From the IMG/VR virus record IMGVR_UViG_3300044991_002272: a DNA stretch of 64,000 nt; one strand, given 5' to 3'. Below are positions 9,403 to 19,232 of the stretch, piece by piece. Position numbers and translations under genes: made by a program. Origin of the DNA: a virus. The notes beneath the pieces were generated by a model. It was not told where the DNA came from. It did not search any database and was given only the letters and a program-made list of their open reading frames with translations. Positions within the stretch are counted from its first letter, which is position 1, and every line of letters starts with the position of its first letter.

Positions 9403-10254
9403 ATGATCGAATGTCAAATCTGCAAAAGACAATTGGGCACCTTGGTAGGTAAGCACCTCAAAAGCCATGGTTTATCAAGTCAAGAGTATCAAGAAAAATT
9501 TCCTGGGAATCCTGTTAGCGCAATGAAGCCATGGACAGAGGAGTTGCGTGCCAAACAAAAACAAGTGCGGACTGGCAGAAAACACAGCGAAGAAACCAAA
9601 CAAAAAATTGGTGTTGGTAACAAGGGTAAAATTATGCCTAGAGAAGCTGTGGAGCGGCAAAAAGAAAGTTACCAGAAATTTTTAGAGAGTAATGGTGGCA
9701 GTCCTCAAAAAGGCTACAAACGTAGTGACGAATTCAAAAAGAGAATGAGTCACATAGCACAAACTAGAGATCCTGCACTAGTGCAACAAAAGGTTGAACA
9801 GATGTGGGCTGCACGACGCGGCAGCAAGGCTACTGATGAACAAAAAGCCCGATATTCTGAAGCTAGACTAGATTTTATTGAAAAGAACCCTGACAAAATT
9901 ATTCCCAAACTATTCAATACAAAACCAGAGCAGGAATTTGAACAAATCTTAGTCACTAAAAACATCGCCTACAGTAAGAATAAAAGGGTTGGTAACAGAT
10001 TGTTTGACTTTGTTGTAGAGGATTGCGTAATTGAGATTGATGGACCATATCATTGGAATCCATTGATGCATGGTAACAAGACAATGACATTGGAAGAGAG
10101 GACTTTATTGTTAAGGGAGATGCAAACTCGAGATGCGCTCAAAACACAACTTGCCAAAGAAAATGGGTATCGGGTTTTTAGGCTAGATGTAACAAGTTGT
10201 CTACCCAAGGATTGGTATGAAAGGCTTAAAGCACAGGGATGGGATATCTTTTAA
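9403..10254 (+). CDS. Homing endonuclease: Zn finger + NUMOD3-like repeats + Vsr/DUF559-like nuclease
   Basis: CQIC..HL..H; GRKHSEETKQKI; TKPE..F...L, FDF, VIEIDG.YWH, RD..K...A...GY...R; TATAAATA upstream. Confidence 0.8.
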   Translation: MIECQICKRQLGTLVGKHLKSHGLSSQEYQEKFPGNPVSAMKPWTEELRAKQKQVRTGRKHSEETKQKIGVGNKGKIMPREAVERQKESYQKFLESNGGSPQKGYKRSDEFKKRMSHIAQTRDPALVQQKVEQMWAARRGSKATDEQKARYSEARLDFIEKNPDKIIPKLFNTKPEQEFEQILVTKNIAYSKNKRVGNRLFDFVVEDCVIEIDGPYHWNPLMHGNKTMTLEERTLLLREMQTRDALKTQLAKENGYRVFRLDVTSCLPKDWYERLKAQGWDIF

Positions 10255-10261
10255 CACAAGA

Positions 10262-10288
10262 AAAAAGCCCGGCATTGCCGGGCTTTTT
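10262..10288. terminator. Bidirectional intrinsic terminator after the major capsid gene
   Basis: AAAAAGCCCGGC-ATT-GCCGGGCTTTTT. Confidence 0.9.
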
Positions 10289-10339
10289 GCATGAAAGTCT
10301 ATGTATCAAAGGGCACATTACGTAACCCTTTGATATTGC

Positions 10340-11554
10340 TCACAAAAATTTCAAATTCGCAGTATTTATGGCGATGCCAGCCAAGTAGTCAGCAGCATTA
10401 CCAAGTGAACTTGCTACGTTGCTGAGTTCCAAGTAACCATATCGTGACATGAAAGACACCACTGGTTCGAAGGTGTTGGGATCAATCACAACACCACTGC
10501 TTGTCAGTGGCACATATGGGCAATAATACGCAGCCGCATCAATTTCGCCAGGACCCTTGTAACCAACTAGCACAGGGGTATCATCAGCAGCATATTGGTC
10601 CACATACACGCGAACTGAGTTGTTCAAAACGCCAACGAACTTGGTGTTGGTTGGAGCTTCGAATGTGCCTTCAGTTGTGCGAGCGAAAGCGGAAGTTGTT
10701 GCGCTTTGCAGGATTGTCAGTGCTGTGGGGGAAACCACAACCCAGTTACCAGCACCACGACGTGTGCGAGCAGCAATCAAGTTTGCACCACGGTTGATCA
10801 AGACAGCAAGAGCAGCATGCTCGTCACCAACGAATGTGGCAGTGCCGGAGACAGCGCCTTGGTCGTATGTGAGAGTGATGCCAGCTAGGTTGCGCAGGCT
10901 GTTTAGGATCTCTTGGTCAATTTCAGCTGTGATTTCTTGAGCTAGAGCAGCCATAATCTCAGCTTCGATGTCAATGCCTTGTTGGGCTTGTGCATCTTGT
11001 GCAGCCTCGAAAGTCCAGCGAGCGCTGAGCTTGCGGGTCTTGGCTTCCACAGTCTCTTTCAAGATCTGGATGTTTAGTCTCTTGCCAGCTGTGCCTTCAA
11101 GTGTTGCAGCAGCAGCACCGCGAGGGTTGTTCACATCGCCATTACCGCTGTAAAAGCGAGCAATGTCAAATGGGCTGAGAGCTTCAGTACCAGCAATCAC
11201 GCCACCAGCTACTGCTGGATTGGGGTATGTGTCGGCATAACGCACACGCAGGGTGTGGATTTGCCCAACGGGACCTGTCATTGGTTGCACGCCGATGATC
11301 TCGTTAGCGATAACAGTTGGCATCACTCGACGGATAACGGGCAGGATAACCTTGTTTAGGGTAGCAACGTTGCCTTGGCTTGTTGAACCAGGTGTTGCGT
11401 TTTCAAACAAGATGCCTGCTTTGCTGCTTAGGTCACGCTTGGTATTCTCAAGAACCACTTCCATAACTTTCTTGCGATTGCCGGTGAGGCCTTCGCAGAG
11501 AGCGTCTCTGGTGAGATTCCAGTTGGCTTCAAAAAGGTTGCCTTTCATAGTCAT
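10340..11554 (-). CDS. Major capsid protein (T4 gp23-like)
   Basis: VILPVIRRVMP..IA.EI+GVQPMTGP.GQI..LR, V.AKTRKL.ARWT.EAAQD, EI..EIDQEI and YCPYVPL motifs; AAGGAG RBS. Confidence 0.96.
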   Translation of the reverse strand: MTMKGNLFEANWNLTRDALCEGLTGNRKKVMEVVLENTKRDLSSKAGILFENATPGSTSQGNVATLNKVILPVIRRVMPTVIANEIIGVQPMTGPVGQIHTLRVRYADTYPNPAVAGGVIAGTEALSPFDIARFYSGNGDVNNPRGAAAATLEGTAGKRLNIQILKETVEAKTRKLSARWTFEAAQDAQAQQGIDIEAEIMAALAQEITAEIDQEILNSLRNLAGITLTYDQGAVSGTATFVGDEHAALAVLINRGANLIAARTRRGAGNWVVVSPTALTILQSATTSAFARTTEGTFEAPTNTKFVGVLNNSVRVYVDQYAADDTPVLVGYKGPGEIDAAAYYCPYVPLTSSGVVIDPNTFEPVVSFMSRYGYLELSNVASSLGNAADYLAGIAINTANLKFL

Positions 11555-11561
11555 TTTCTCC

Positions 11562-12767
11562 TTATTGTGCTTTGGCGACACCGGCCAAATACAAGATATT
11601 TTGAAGATCGCGATCTTCAGTTGGGTTTTGTTGTGTTTCCACGAGACTTACGCGGTCTCCGGAATGTGCCACAGCTCTGCTGGGTTTTGCTTGCACAGCC
11701 TTTGGTGCGGCTGGTGCATTTTGGTTCAACACTGCGGGCAAGTATCTGTGATAGCTTTCTTTGAGGTGTGTGGTTTTCACATCTTCCAAAAGGCTTTCCA
11801 TGATCTTTTTCTTGTCTCTGGCCAAGGGGTTCAACAGCTCATTGAGCACTTGGGCTCTTTGAAGCTGAGCTTGTGCTGCACGGCTTTGTGCACGAACGCT
11901 TTCCAAGAGATTTTCTTTCTCATGAATTGCCTTTTGTGCCTCAGCTAGTGCTGCTTGTTGCGTCTTGAGTTGATCACTGAGCTTTTTGACTTGAGTACCT
12001 TCTGCAAGGTAGCTGGTCATAAATTCAGCGGCCACAGCTTCGAATATTTTACGACCAAAATTGTTCTCACGAGCAATTTTGATATCGTCTCTCCATTGCA
12101 CCAACTCGCGCTTGATGACCTCGTTCAAGGTTTTATCAACCACAGTGGTTGCTCTGTTGACAAATGAGCGTTGGGTTTCATCCAGCTTGCGCTTTGCTTC
12201 GCTTGCCAGTTTGACTCGTTGCTCTACCAGAGCCTTTTTGTCAGATTGAAATTCGGAAATTTCTTCTGACAATTGCTGAAGAACAAAGTTCTCCAGTTTG
12301 CCAATTTTAGCTTCGAGGGCTGCTTGAGCGTTTTTCTTACTCTCCAGCAGTTCGGTAGCCATAGATTTGCGTTGAACGGCCAACTGTTTTCTGTCGGCTT
12401 TGAACTCAGTAATTTCCTTGCGGATTTCACCTTGCATAAACTGTTCCATCATTTTCACATGTTGGGCCAGCTTTTTGTTGTAAGTGGATTTTGCCTCACT
12501 AACAGCACGGGTGAGCTGCACCTTTTTGGCTGCTACTGCTTGCTTGTCTTGAGAGAACTCACTGAGTTCTTTTCTCACAACATCGTTCAACATCTTGTCC
12601 ATGGCTTCCACAAGCAATCCGCGCTCGTGCTCGAAGCGATGAGCATAACTTTCTTGGAGCTTTGTCTCAGCTTCTTTGAGCTTGTTTGTGAATGCTTCCT
12701 GAAGGGCAGTTTTGGCTTCGGGGCCAAGCACTTCGTTCTCCAGGAGCTCTTGTAGTTGTTTTTCCAT
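11562..12767 (-). CDS. Prohead scaffolding protein (gp22-like)
   Basis: Long coiled-coil ORF between the protease and capsid genes; ARENNFGRKIFEA motif. Confidence 0.85.
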   Translation of the reverse strand: MEKQLQELLENEVLGPEAKTALQEAFTNKLKEAETKLQESYAHRFEHERGLLVEAMDKMLNDVVRKELSEFSQDKQAVAAKKVQLTRAVSEAKSTYNKKLAQHVKMMEQFMQGEIRKEITEFKADRKQLAVQRKSMATELLESKKNAQAALEAKIGKLENFVLQQLSEEISEFQSDKKALVEQRVKLASEAKRKLDETQRSFVNRATTVVDKTLNEVIKRELVQWRDDIKIARENNFGRKIFEAVAAEFMTSYLAEGTQVKKLSDQLKTQQAALAEAQKAIHEKENLLESVRAQSRAAQAQLQRAQVLNELLNPLARDKKKIMESLLEDVKTTHLKESYHRYLPAVLNQNAPAAPKAVQAKPSRAVAHSGDRVSLVETQQNPTEDRDLQNILYLAGVAKAQ

Positions 12768-12785
12768 AGGACTGGCGTCTCCTTG

Positions 12786-13418
12786 TTAAATCTTCAACTC
12801 GTTAACCCAGCGGAGCAGGGTCTTGGTGAGATGCTTTTGAGCCTTCTCATCATGACGCACGCTTTCTGCCAAGTCTCTGATGTTGCTGCCGAGCCTTCTG
12901 TGATACATAGCCTCATATACAGGCACAGGATATGCACTTGGGGCTGAAGGTTTGGCCACTATGTCGACTGTTAACATTTCAAAATCTGAAACGTTCCCAT
13001 AGGGATCGACATTGCCTGAGCCACGTGATGAAACGCCAAGTTTTACACCACTCTCAAGCAAGGTTTTTGCAATTTGACCGCAAGGTGTTGGTAATACTTT
13101 CAACTTACCAAGGCCATTGGGACCGTCTATCCACATTTTTTGAATGCTGTGGCTTACGCGATCTAGATGAATTTGAAGCTCTTGTGGATGATCCAGTTCA
13201 CCAGGTACCCCATTGTCTTTGGATATGCTTGAATTTACTAGCTCTACGGCTTTGCGAATCTCGTCTACAGGATAGACTCTTCCGTTATGATTTTTGATTC
13301 CGCCTTGAATGAAGATTCCTTCCATGAAGAGGTTTTTATGACCACCTTCTATGGCTTCGGTAACAACCTTCATTTGTGCATCATCAAAATGCAAGTGTTC
13401 TTGCAGAATTGAGACCAT
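12786..13418 (-). CDS. Prohead core protease (gp21-like)
   Basis: GIFIQG...N.NGRVYP, GELDHP, DRVSH and GVSSRGSG, D+VA.PSAP.AY motifs. Confidence 0.95.
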   Translation of the reverse strand: MVSILQEHLHFDDAQMKVVTEAIEGGHKNLFMEGIFIQGGIKNHNGRVYPVDEIRKAVELVNSSISKDNGVPGELDHPQELQIHLDRVSHSIQKMWIDGPNGLGKLKVLPTPCGQIAKTLLESGVKLGVSSRGSGNVDPYGNVSDFEMLTVDIVAKPSAPSAYPVPVYEAMYHRRLGSNIRDLAESVRHDEKAQKHLTKTLLRWVNELKI

Positions 13419-13558
13419 TTTTGTTTCCTGTTTAGTTTCGTAGTAACAATATTTAACAACACTATCTGAAACAGCTGGATTTCCAGTAAGAAACCAGTGT
13501 TTTTTCAAAGAACTATGCTGTAACCTTTTGAGTTACAGCATAATTTCTTGTTGATAAA

Positions 13559-14830
13559 TTACTTCTTTGGTGTTGTGCCGGTGCTGCCCAGTGGGCTGCG
13601 AACGTTGGCTGCGCCAAAACCTTCTGAACGATCTTTGTTCAACATGGCCTTTGTACTGCCTTCCTTGCTGACATGAGTCATGTCTTCACTAGCCTTCTTG
13701 CGACGGTTGGACAAGTTCATACTGGCACTTGTGGGGGCAGATTGAAGATGATATCCATCAGCCTTTGATCCCTTGCCTGTCACAACTGGCTTGGCACCTG
13801 GAACAGGGCTTTGAACTCCTTTGGGCACTGGGCTATGCTTGCTGACATCAGAACGGGAAAATTTACCAGCGCCAACTTCAGCAGACTTTTTGGCGTCTAC
13901 ATGAACTGTATCGAGGGCAATGGCTTCATCAAGATCATCATAGTCTTCATCAAGGTCGCCTGACCCAGGGCTACCGCCAAGCTGGTCAATCACATAATCC
14001 CAGCACTTTTCTTCTGTGCCTGAGAACAAGCTGTCGGGTTCGTCATCGTCGCCATCATCTACGTAAACCTCGCATTCACCACCTTGTGCACCGCTGATGT
14101 TAAACCGATCAATTTCATATTCCACACTTCCGTATCCGCCAGCAGACTGGATGCGATAAGGCATGCCTTCAATAGTAATTTTGTCGTTAGTGGCAGAGAA
14201 CTTGTAACGTGTGCCTTTTGGAGTCTGTCCGCTGTCGCCATAAGATTCATCAAGGTCGTCAGTGTTGTCCATCCAGCCTTCGTCTACTGTTTCTTCGTCA
14301 CTATCTGCATCACCATGTTCACCATGTAGTTCGGCTTTCATAGCTTCAAATTCAGCAGTCAATTCTTCAATTGCTTGCTCAATGTCTTTTAGACGCTCGC
14401 CTTCAGCTTCCTCGTCGTGGGCCATGTCTGCATCCATTTCAGCTTCATCAGCATCCATTTCTTCATCATCCATGTCGTCTTCAGCATCCATGTCCATGTC
14501 ATCGTCTTCCACGTCAACATCAACATCGTCAGCATCTTCATCATCTCCAGCACTTACTGTGAGATCTTCAACCGCGTCATCGAGGTCAACATCTTCCATT
14601 GTGCCGTCGCCATAATGCTCTTCACTCTCAATTTCTTCTTTGTGAGCTCTAATGTCGTGTCCGAGGTCTTCGCCCTCGTCCCCGCCCATTTCATGCTCTT
14701 CGTCACTTAGCATTTCCTCGTGAATTGCACGGGCCTTCTCAATGAAGATTTGGTGCAACAGGTCACGAGCCTTGTCTTCTTGCTCGTTGATAAGGTAATC
14801 CATTACCTTCAACAGCTTGCTATTAGCCAT
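13559..14830 (-). CDS. Acidic prohead core protein (gp67/68-like) carrying an inserted domain
   Basis: Very Asp/Glu-rich; L+D..INE..DKA..L.H.I..EK.R.I+E start; adjacent to the protease gene. Confidence 0.65.
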   Translation of the reverse strand: MANSKLLKVMDYLINEQEDKARDLLHQIFIEKARAIHEEMLSDEEHEMGGDEGEDLGHDIRAHKEEIESEEHYGDGTMEDVDLDDAVEDLTVSAGDDEDADDVDVDVEDDDMDMDAEDDMDDEEMDADEAEMDADMAHDEEAEGERLKDIEQAIEELTAEFEAMKAELHGEHGDADSDEETVDEGWMDNTDDLDESYGDSGQTPKGTRYKFSATNDKITIEGMPYRIQSAGGYGSVEYEIDRFNISGAQGGECEVYVDDGDDDEPDSLFSGTEEKCWDYVIDQLGGSPGSGDLDEDYDDLDEAIALDTVHVDAKKSAEVGAGKFSRSDVSKHSPVPKGVQSPVPGAKPVVTGKGSKADGYHLQSAPTSASMNLSNRRKKASEDMTHVSKEGSTKAMLNKDRSEGFGAANVRSPLGSTGTTPKK

Positions 14831-14926
14831 AGTTTGTCTCCTTTGGTAAAGTTGATAGACTCTGTGTTTATTTAGAAGGAGTTGAAGAATAACTTGGATT
14901 TATATGGAAAATAAGGCAATTTTAGA

Positions 14927-15154
14927 CTACATGCCTGGCATTCCGCCGCCTTCAGCAGAGGGAGCGCCATACAACAGGCCCAAAAGATCTCTGCGCACAA
15001 GATTTTCCAATTTCTTGGCACTACGCATTCTTTTCATTTGATTTAAATGTGCGATTGTAATCTTGGGTCGACGCGGGTCATACTGATTTTGCATAGTATA
15101 ATGATCTTGGTCTGGGCTGTAATAGCCAGCACTATCTAAATCCATTGCTCTCAT
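14927..15154 (-). CDS. Small late head-module protein
   Basis: 75 aa with RRPKIT..HLN.MKRMR motif; TAAATA just upstream. Confidence 0.7.
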   Translation of the reverse strand: MRAMDLDSAGYYSPDQDHYTMQNQYDPRRPKITIAHLNQMKRMRSAKKLENLVRRDLLGLLYGAPSAEGGGMPGM

Positions 15155-15216
15155 AAATCTATTTATTGCAGAGAAACAAAGGCCCTTGTATAGTTCAAAT
15201 CAAAGGGAGCAACAGA

Positions 15217-15825
15217 GTGTCAATTTATCAATTTTTACCAAGTCCCAGCTTTGGCGCTGGTGAGGCAAACGTAGCAACCTGGAAAGATGGATTTTCAGGA
15301 GATGATATAAAAAAGATAATTCAATTGGGGCAGGCTAGACAGCCAGGAAAAGCGGTAATTGGTGGATTTGATCCCGCTCAAAATTATGAACAAATACGCA
15401 AAAGCAAAACCAGTTGGATTGAAGCCAGTCCTGACACTGATTGGATTTATCAACGCTTGGGTAATATTGCTCGTAATTTAAATGGCCAGCATTTTCGCTT
15501 TGATTTGTGGGGATTTGGTGAACACCTACAATACACTGAATACTACGGGGAGGATGAGGGTCACTACACCTGGCATATTGACAGTGGCATCACTTCAACA
15601 AACCACGGTCCTCGAAAACTCAGTGTAGTTTTACAATTGAGCGATCCCTGTGAGTATGAAGGTGGAAATCTACAAGTTAAGTTGGGCGCTGATCCACAAA
15701 CCATTAGCAAGGATCTAGGCCTTGTAGCCGTTTTTCCCAGCTTTGTGCTGCATAGGGTTACCCCAGTTACAAATGGTTTACGCCGCACTTTGGTGGCTTG
15801 GTTAACTGGTCCAGCACTGCGTTAA
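15217..15825 (+). CDS. 2OG-Fe(II) oxygenase (prolyl-4-hydroxylase / PKHD-like)
   Basis: LQYTEY, WHID (HxD), RKLS+V+QLSDP.EYEGG.L, FPSF..HRV.PVT.G.R..LVAW; GTG start with GGAG RBS. Confidence 0.92.
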   Translation: MSIYQFLPSPSFGAGEANVATWKDGFSGDDIKKIIQLGQARQPGKAVIGGFDPAQNYEQIRKSKTSWIEASPDTDWIYQRLGNIARNLNGQHFRFDLWGFGEHLQYTEYYGEDEGHYTWHIDSGITSTNHGPRKLSVVLQLSDPCEYEGGNLQVKLGADPQTISKDLGLVAVFPSFVLHRVTPVTNGLRRTLVAWLTGPALR

Positions 15826-16757
15826 GGACCTACAGCAACATATTCTATAAGAACTGCACCTGGTTGTCCACCTGATGCTGATGTATCGTCTCGGCCCACG
15901 CCCCCGTAACCAAACCTAAGGCCTAAGTCAGCATTCAAGTAAACCAGCGGGCCTATGCTGGTGGCAGTTCCTCTCGCACCATTGGCACCGGGTGTGAAGA
16001 TGTTGGCATTGAGGCCGCCGCTTCCACCACCTGCTGTAACAAGGGCTATTCCACTTTGATCCAAAAGTTGGCTGGGCGTGCCAGGGTTTCCAGAATTACT
16101 AATGTTAGCAGCCCCACCACCTCCAACTATTACTTGCAAATTACTGCCTGCCGTGACCGGTATCCATGTTTCTATAGCAGCACCTGGTCCACCCTTGCCT
16201 CCAATTAGTTTTATAGTGGGACCATCAGCATAGCCGCCGTCAGCACCTGTGTAATCCTGTGTTGTATAAATTGCTCCCCAACCACCTGCTCCTCCTCCGC
16301 CCACAGTTGTGATTTTTACATTAGTAGTTGTAGCAGGCACAGCCCATGTACTGGGAGACAAAAAGACAGCTACTGCTAATTTTTGGCCTGTCCCTTGGGG
16401 TCCTGGAAAACCAAGAGTTCCTGTTGCCCCTGGGTCTCCGGTCGGGCCAGCGCCACCTACTGGCCCGGTTGCCCCTAGTGTGCCTGGTGGTCCTGCTAAT
16501 GGGCCAGGCTGCCCAGCAGACCCAGTGGCACCTTTTACACCTGGAGGGGCAGGAAATCCACCAAATCCTGGCGCTCCTCCCAATCCTGTAGGCCCTGTAG
16601 GCCCCCTTACGCCTGGAAAACTTGTGGCTGGACCCAACAGCAAAGCGGCGCCTGTTGGCGCCACTATAAGGGGTAATCCAGCAGGCACACCAATCAGTAT
16701 TGTATTCAGGACGTCTGCAGACCCGCCTATTATACGCTTATCAAGAAGTTTTGGCAT
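15822..16757 (-). CDS. Collagen-like / glycine-rich fibre protein
   Basis: Gly-X-Y run followed by the W.VP.....+.IT.VGGGG.GG glycine-rich domain. Confidence 0.85.
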   Translation of the reverse strand: MPKLLDKRIIGGSADVLNTILIGVPAGLPLIVAPTGAALLLGPATSFPGVRGPTGPTGLGGAPGFGGFPAPPGVKGATGSAGQPGPLAGPPGTLGATGPVGGAGPTGDPGATGTLGFPGPQGTGQKLAVAVFLSPSTWAVPATTTNVKITTVGGGGAGGWGAIYTTQDYTGADGGYADGPTIKLIGGKGGPGAAIETWIPVTAGSNLQVIVGGGGAANISNSGNPGTPSQLLDQSGIALVTAGGGSGGLNANIFTPGANGARGTATSIGPLVYLNADLGLRFGYGGVGRDDTSASGGQPGAVLIEYVAVGP

Positions 16758-16760
16758 CTT

Positions 16761-17702
16761 TTAAATCCATTCTATAAGTGCTGCACCAGGGCCGCCCTGT
16801 TGTTCTGCTCCGGCCCCAAATCCATAGACTGTTGCCACACCCAATCCCACACTTAAGGGTGAATTCACTCCAGGATTACCTGCAATTCCTGCCTGTGCCG
16901 CAGGCGCCGATGGACCGCCGCCTGCTACGACTGTGGGACTGCCTGGACCACTCCATATCGTGGGGGTGCCAGGACTTGGTGGAACGACTACATATTGTGG
17001 ATAATATACTGGAATATTATTTTCATTGGGGTACACCCCACCTCCAGATATTCTAGCTCCACTGCCCCCAACTCCTATTGTGACATTGTAATTTTGTCCG
17101 CCCTGCACAGTTACCCATTGTTCATTTACGCCACCACTGCTGCCAGGAATACCTTGTATTGTCCAACCAGGTTGAGAATTAGTGATCTGTTCATTGACAA
17201 AGTCAATTGGCAGTTGACTCACGGGCAAACTCCCGCCTCCTCCTGCTCCAATAAGTGTCAGCTTAACAGAAAACACACCTGGGGGTGCTGTCCATACACC
17301 AGGAGACACAAGTTGTGCTGCATTTATATCTTGATTGCCACTAGGCGGCCCAATAGGTCCAGTAATTCCAGGCGGTCCTGGAGGACCCACTGGTCCCCCG
17401 CCTGGTCCCGTTGGTCCAGTTAAACCTGCAGGACCAGGAGGTCCTCCTGCAGGACCAGGAGGACCTGGGGGACCTGTATCACCTACTAATGCACTGCTGG
17501 CTCCAGGTGGCCCAACAGGCCCTGCTAGTCCAGCGGGGCCAGGAGGACCTGGAGGACCTAGTGGGCCACCTGGGGTTGTGACCACAAGTGTATCTCCTGT
17601 GGGGGATACTCGTAACACATACCCGGCAGGCGCCCCATATAATGTTGTAGTCAAAACGTCTCGTGATGGGCCAACAATACGGTTATCAAGTAAGCGAGGC
17701 AT
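16761..17702 (-). CDS. Collagen-like / glycine-rich fibre protein (paralog)
   Basis: [10 protein letters not shown] start; GPP repeats; [19 protein letters not shown]. Confidence 0.85.
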   Translation of the reverse strand: MPRLLDNRIVGPSRDVLTTTLYGAPAGYVLRVSPTGDTLVVTTPGGPLGPPGPPGPAGLAGPVGPPGASSALVGDTGPPGPPGPAGGPPGPAGLTGPTGPGGGPVGPPGPPGITGPIGPPSGNQDINAAQLVSPGVWTAPPGVFSVKLTLIGAGGGGSLPVSQLPIDFVNEQITNSQPGWTIQGIPGSSGGVNEQWVTVQGGQNYNVTIGVGGSGARISGGGVYPNENNIPVYYPQYVVVPPSPGTPTIWSGPGSPTVVAGGGPSAPAAQAGIAGNPGVNSPLSVGLGVATVYGFGAGAEQQGGPGAALIEWI

Positions 17703-18082
17703 TAGTTAATCCATTCAATCAAAATAAGGCCAGCTGAGCCATTTGACCCTGCAGGATTTGGCTCAGTGGGATCGCCTCCTGCACCTGCCAAACCATGGAG
17801 ATATGATCCAGTTACCAAGGGCCAAATTATGTTTGGTGTCGTGCCTGCATTGCCTCCACTCACTGCTACGCCGCCTCCAGCAGAATAAAATACTCCACCT
17901 GGTCCGCTCATAGTAGTGTTGCCTCCATTTGTTGGAGGAACTGTGGCAGATGTTTGCCCTTGACCTCCAGCACCAACTTGAAGATTATAGGTGGCATTTG
18001 GGATTATATCTACCCACAGCCTTAAAATTGCTCCAGAGCCTCCAGCCAGGCCAGTAAACCAGCCGCCAATGCTTCCACTCAT
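17702..18082 (-). CDS. C-terminal half of a glycine-rich fibre domain encoded as a separate ORF
   Basis: GGSGA....W+......[10 protein letters not shown] ... G.ILIEWI aligns with the C-termini of both neighbouring paralogs; own GAGGA RBS. Confidence 0.75.
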   Translation of the reverse strand: MSGSIGGWFTGLAGGSGAILRLWVDIIPNATYNLQVGAGGQGQTSATVPPTNGGNTTMSGPGGVFYSAGGGVAVSGGNAGTTPNIIWPLVTGSYLHGLAGAGGDPTEPNPAGSNGSAGLILIEWIN

Positions 18083-18155
18083 AACAGTAATCCTCTATAG
18101 CTATCCATTGTTACACCCCAACTGTTCCGCTCATTTACCTATTTTGGCCTTATCC

Positions 18156-18180
18156 GTAACCGGGGCCTAGCCCCGGTTAC
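18156..18180. other. Perfect 11-bp GC-rich hairpin containing the stop codon of the upstream ORF
   Basis: GTAACCGGGGC-CTA-GCCCCGGTTAC; no U-tract on either side. Confidence 0.8.
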
Positions 18181-18749
18181 TCCCCAGGTACTCCACCTCC
18201 ACCAATTCCACCAGGCCCCAGCTGACCACCTTCTGTAGGTGGAACTGAACCTGGAGGCACATAAATGCCCAACGTTCCCCCAGCCCCTCCACCGATCAGT
18301 GTTATTCTAGCACGCCTAACACCAGGTGGCGCTGTCCATGTTTGTGGACCAGCAGTGCTGAAAACTGCTGCATAGTGTTGTTGATCAGTTATTTGTGGGC
18401 CTGTTGGCCCGGTATCACCATTAGGACCTCGATCGCCAGGAGGTCCTTTGTTTGGTCCAGGAGGTCCTTGAACTCCTGGGCTTCCAGGAATTCCTCCTCC
18501 TATACCAGGAGGACCAGGAGGACCAGGTGGACCAACAACAAATGTGTCATCTCCTGGTGGTCCTTGAGGGCCAGGGCTCCCTGCTGTGCCAATAATACCT
18601 GGAGGCCCAGGTGGTCCAATTTGTTGCCCAAAAAAGAATTGCTCTCCGTTGGCAGAGACTTTCAATACCAAGCCAGCTGGAACACCTTCCAGTTGCACAT
18701 CAATAAGATCAGCTGATCCAACAACGCGGTTATCAAGTAGCTTTGGCAT
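18177..18749 (-). CDS. Collagen-like fibre protein, N-terminal half
   Basis: [10 protein letters not shown] start, GPP repeats; stops inside the glycine-rich domain. Confidence 0.8.
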   Translation of the reverse strand: MPKLLDNRVVGSADLIDVQLEGVPAGLVLKVSANGEQFFFGQQIGPPGPPGIIGTAGSPGPQGPPGDDTFVVGPPGPPGPPGIGGGIPGSPGVQGPPGPNKGPPGDRGPNGDTGPTGPQITDQQHYAAVFSTAGPQTWTAPPGVRRARITLIGGGAGGTLGIYVPPGSVPPTEGGQLGPGGIGGGGVPGE

Positions 18750-18758
18750 GCTTAGTCC

Positions 18759-19229
18759 TTAATTGGCAGTCGCATTGGCAATTTCCAATAGGCTTACAAC
18801 AACATCAACACAGTTATCAGTACTGGTATTGGTTGTTTCTGCTGGAGGATTACTTACTTGTACAACCAAGGTATCTCCGCTGCTCATGATCAAATTGCCA
18901 TTCAAGGGGTCAAAAGCGTTGTTGGGAATAATTGTGTAATTGTTAACAAGGTAACGTCTACCAGTGGGTAGATAGGCTGGATCAGGAGGATTATCAATCC
19001 ATACACTGAGATTGATGGTTTTCCGTAGAGTAGGACTGCTGACACTGCCTGTAATGTTGCTGCATTGAACAGTCAACAACACAATACTGACTTCAGTTGG
19101 ATCTACACCTGGAGGCAATGTTGTGTTGGGAATAGTTTGATCGTAACTTGAAACTTTGTAAATGGTTGTGGGTTGATCATTTGTAACTCTAACTTTGACA
19201 TTACGAAAGTTAAAAATAGGTGCAGGCAT
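18759..19229 (-). CDS. Hypothetical virion-associated protein
   Basis: 156-aa ORF in the fibre operon. Confidence 0.7.
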   Translation of the reverse strand: MPAPIFNFRNVKVRVTNDQPTTIYKVSSYDQTIPNTTLPPGVDPTEVSIVLLTVQCSNITGSVSSPTLRKTINLSVWIDNPPDPAYLPTGRRYLVNNYTIIPNNAFDPLNGNLIMSSGDTLVVQVSNPPAETTNTSTDNCVDVVVSLLEIANATAN

Positions 19230-19232
19230 ATG

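Noticed and set aside
18083-18180. T4 gene 60-style ribosomal bypass or simple frameshift joining the split fibre ORFs
   Set aside because: No matching landing codon in the downstream frame, several stops in both shifted frames, and the downstream ORF has its own RBS.
18156-18180. DGR cruciform or intrinsic terminator
   Set aside because: No reverse transcriptase or TR/VR repeat pair seen, and no U-tract on either strand.
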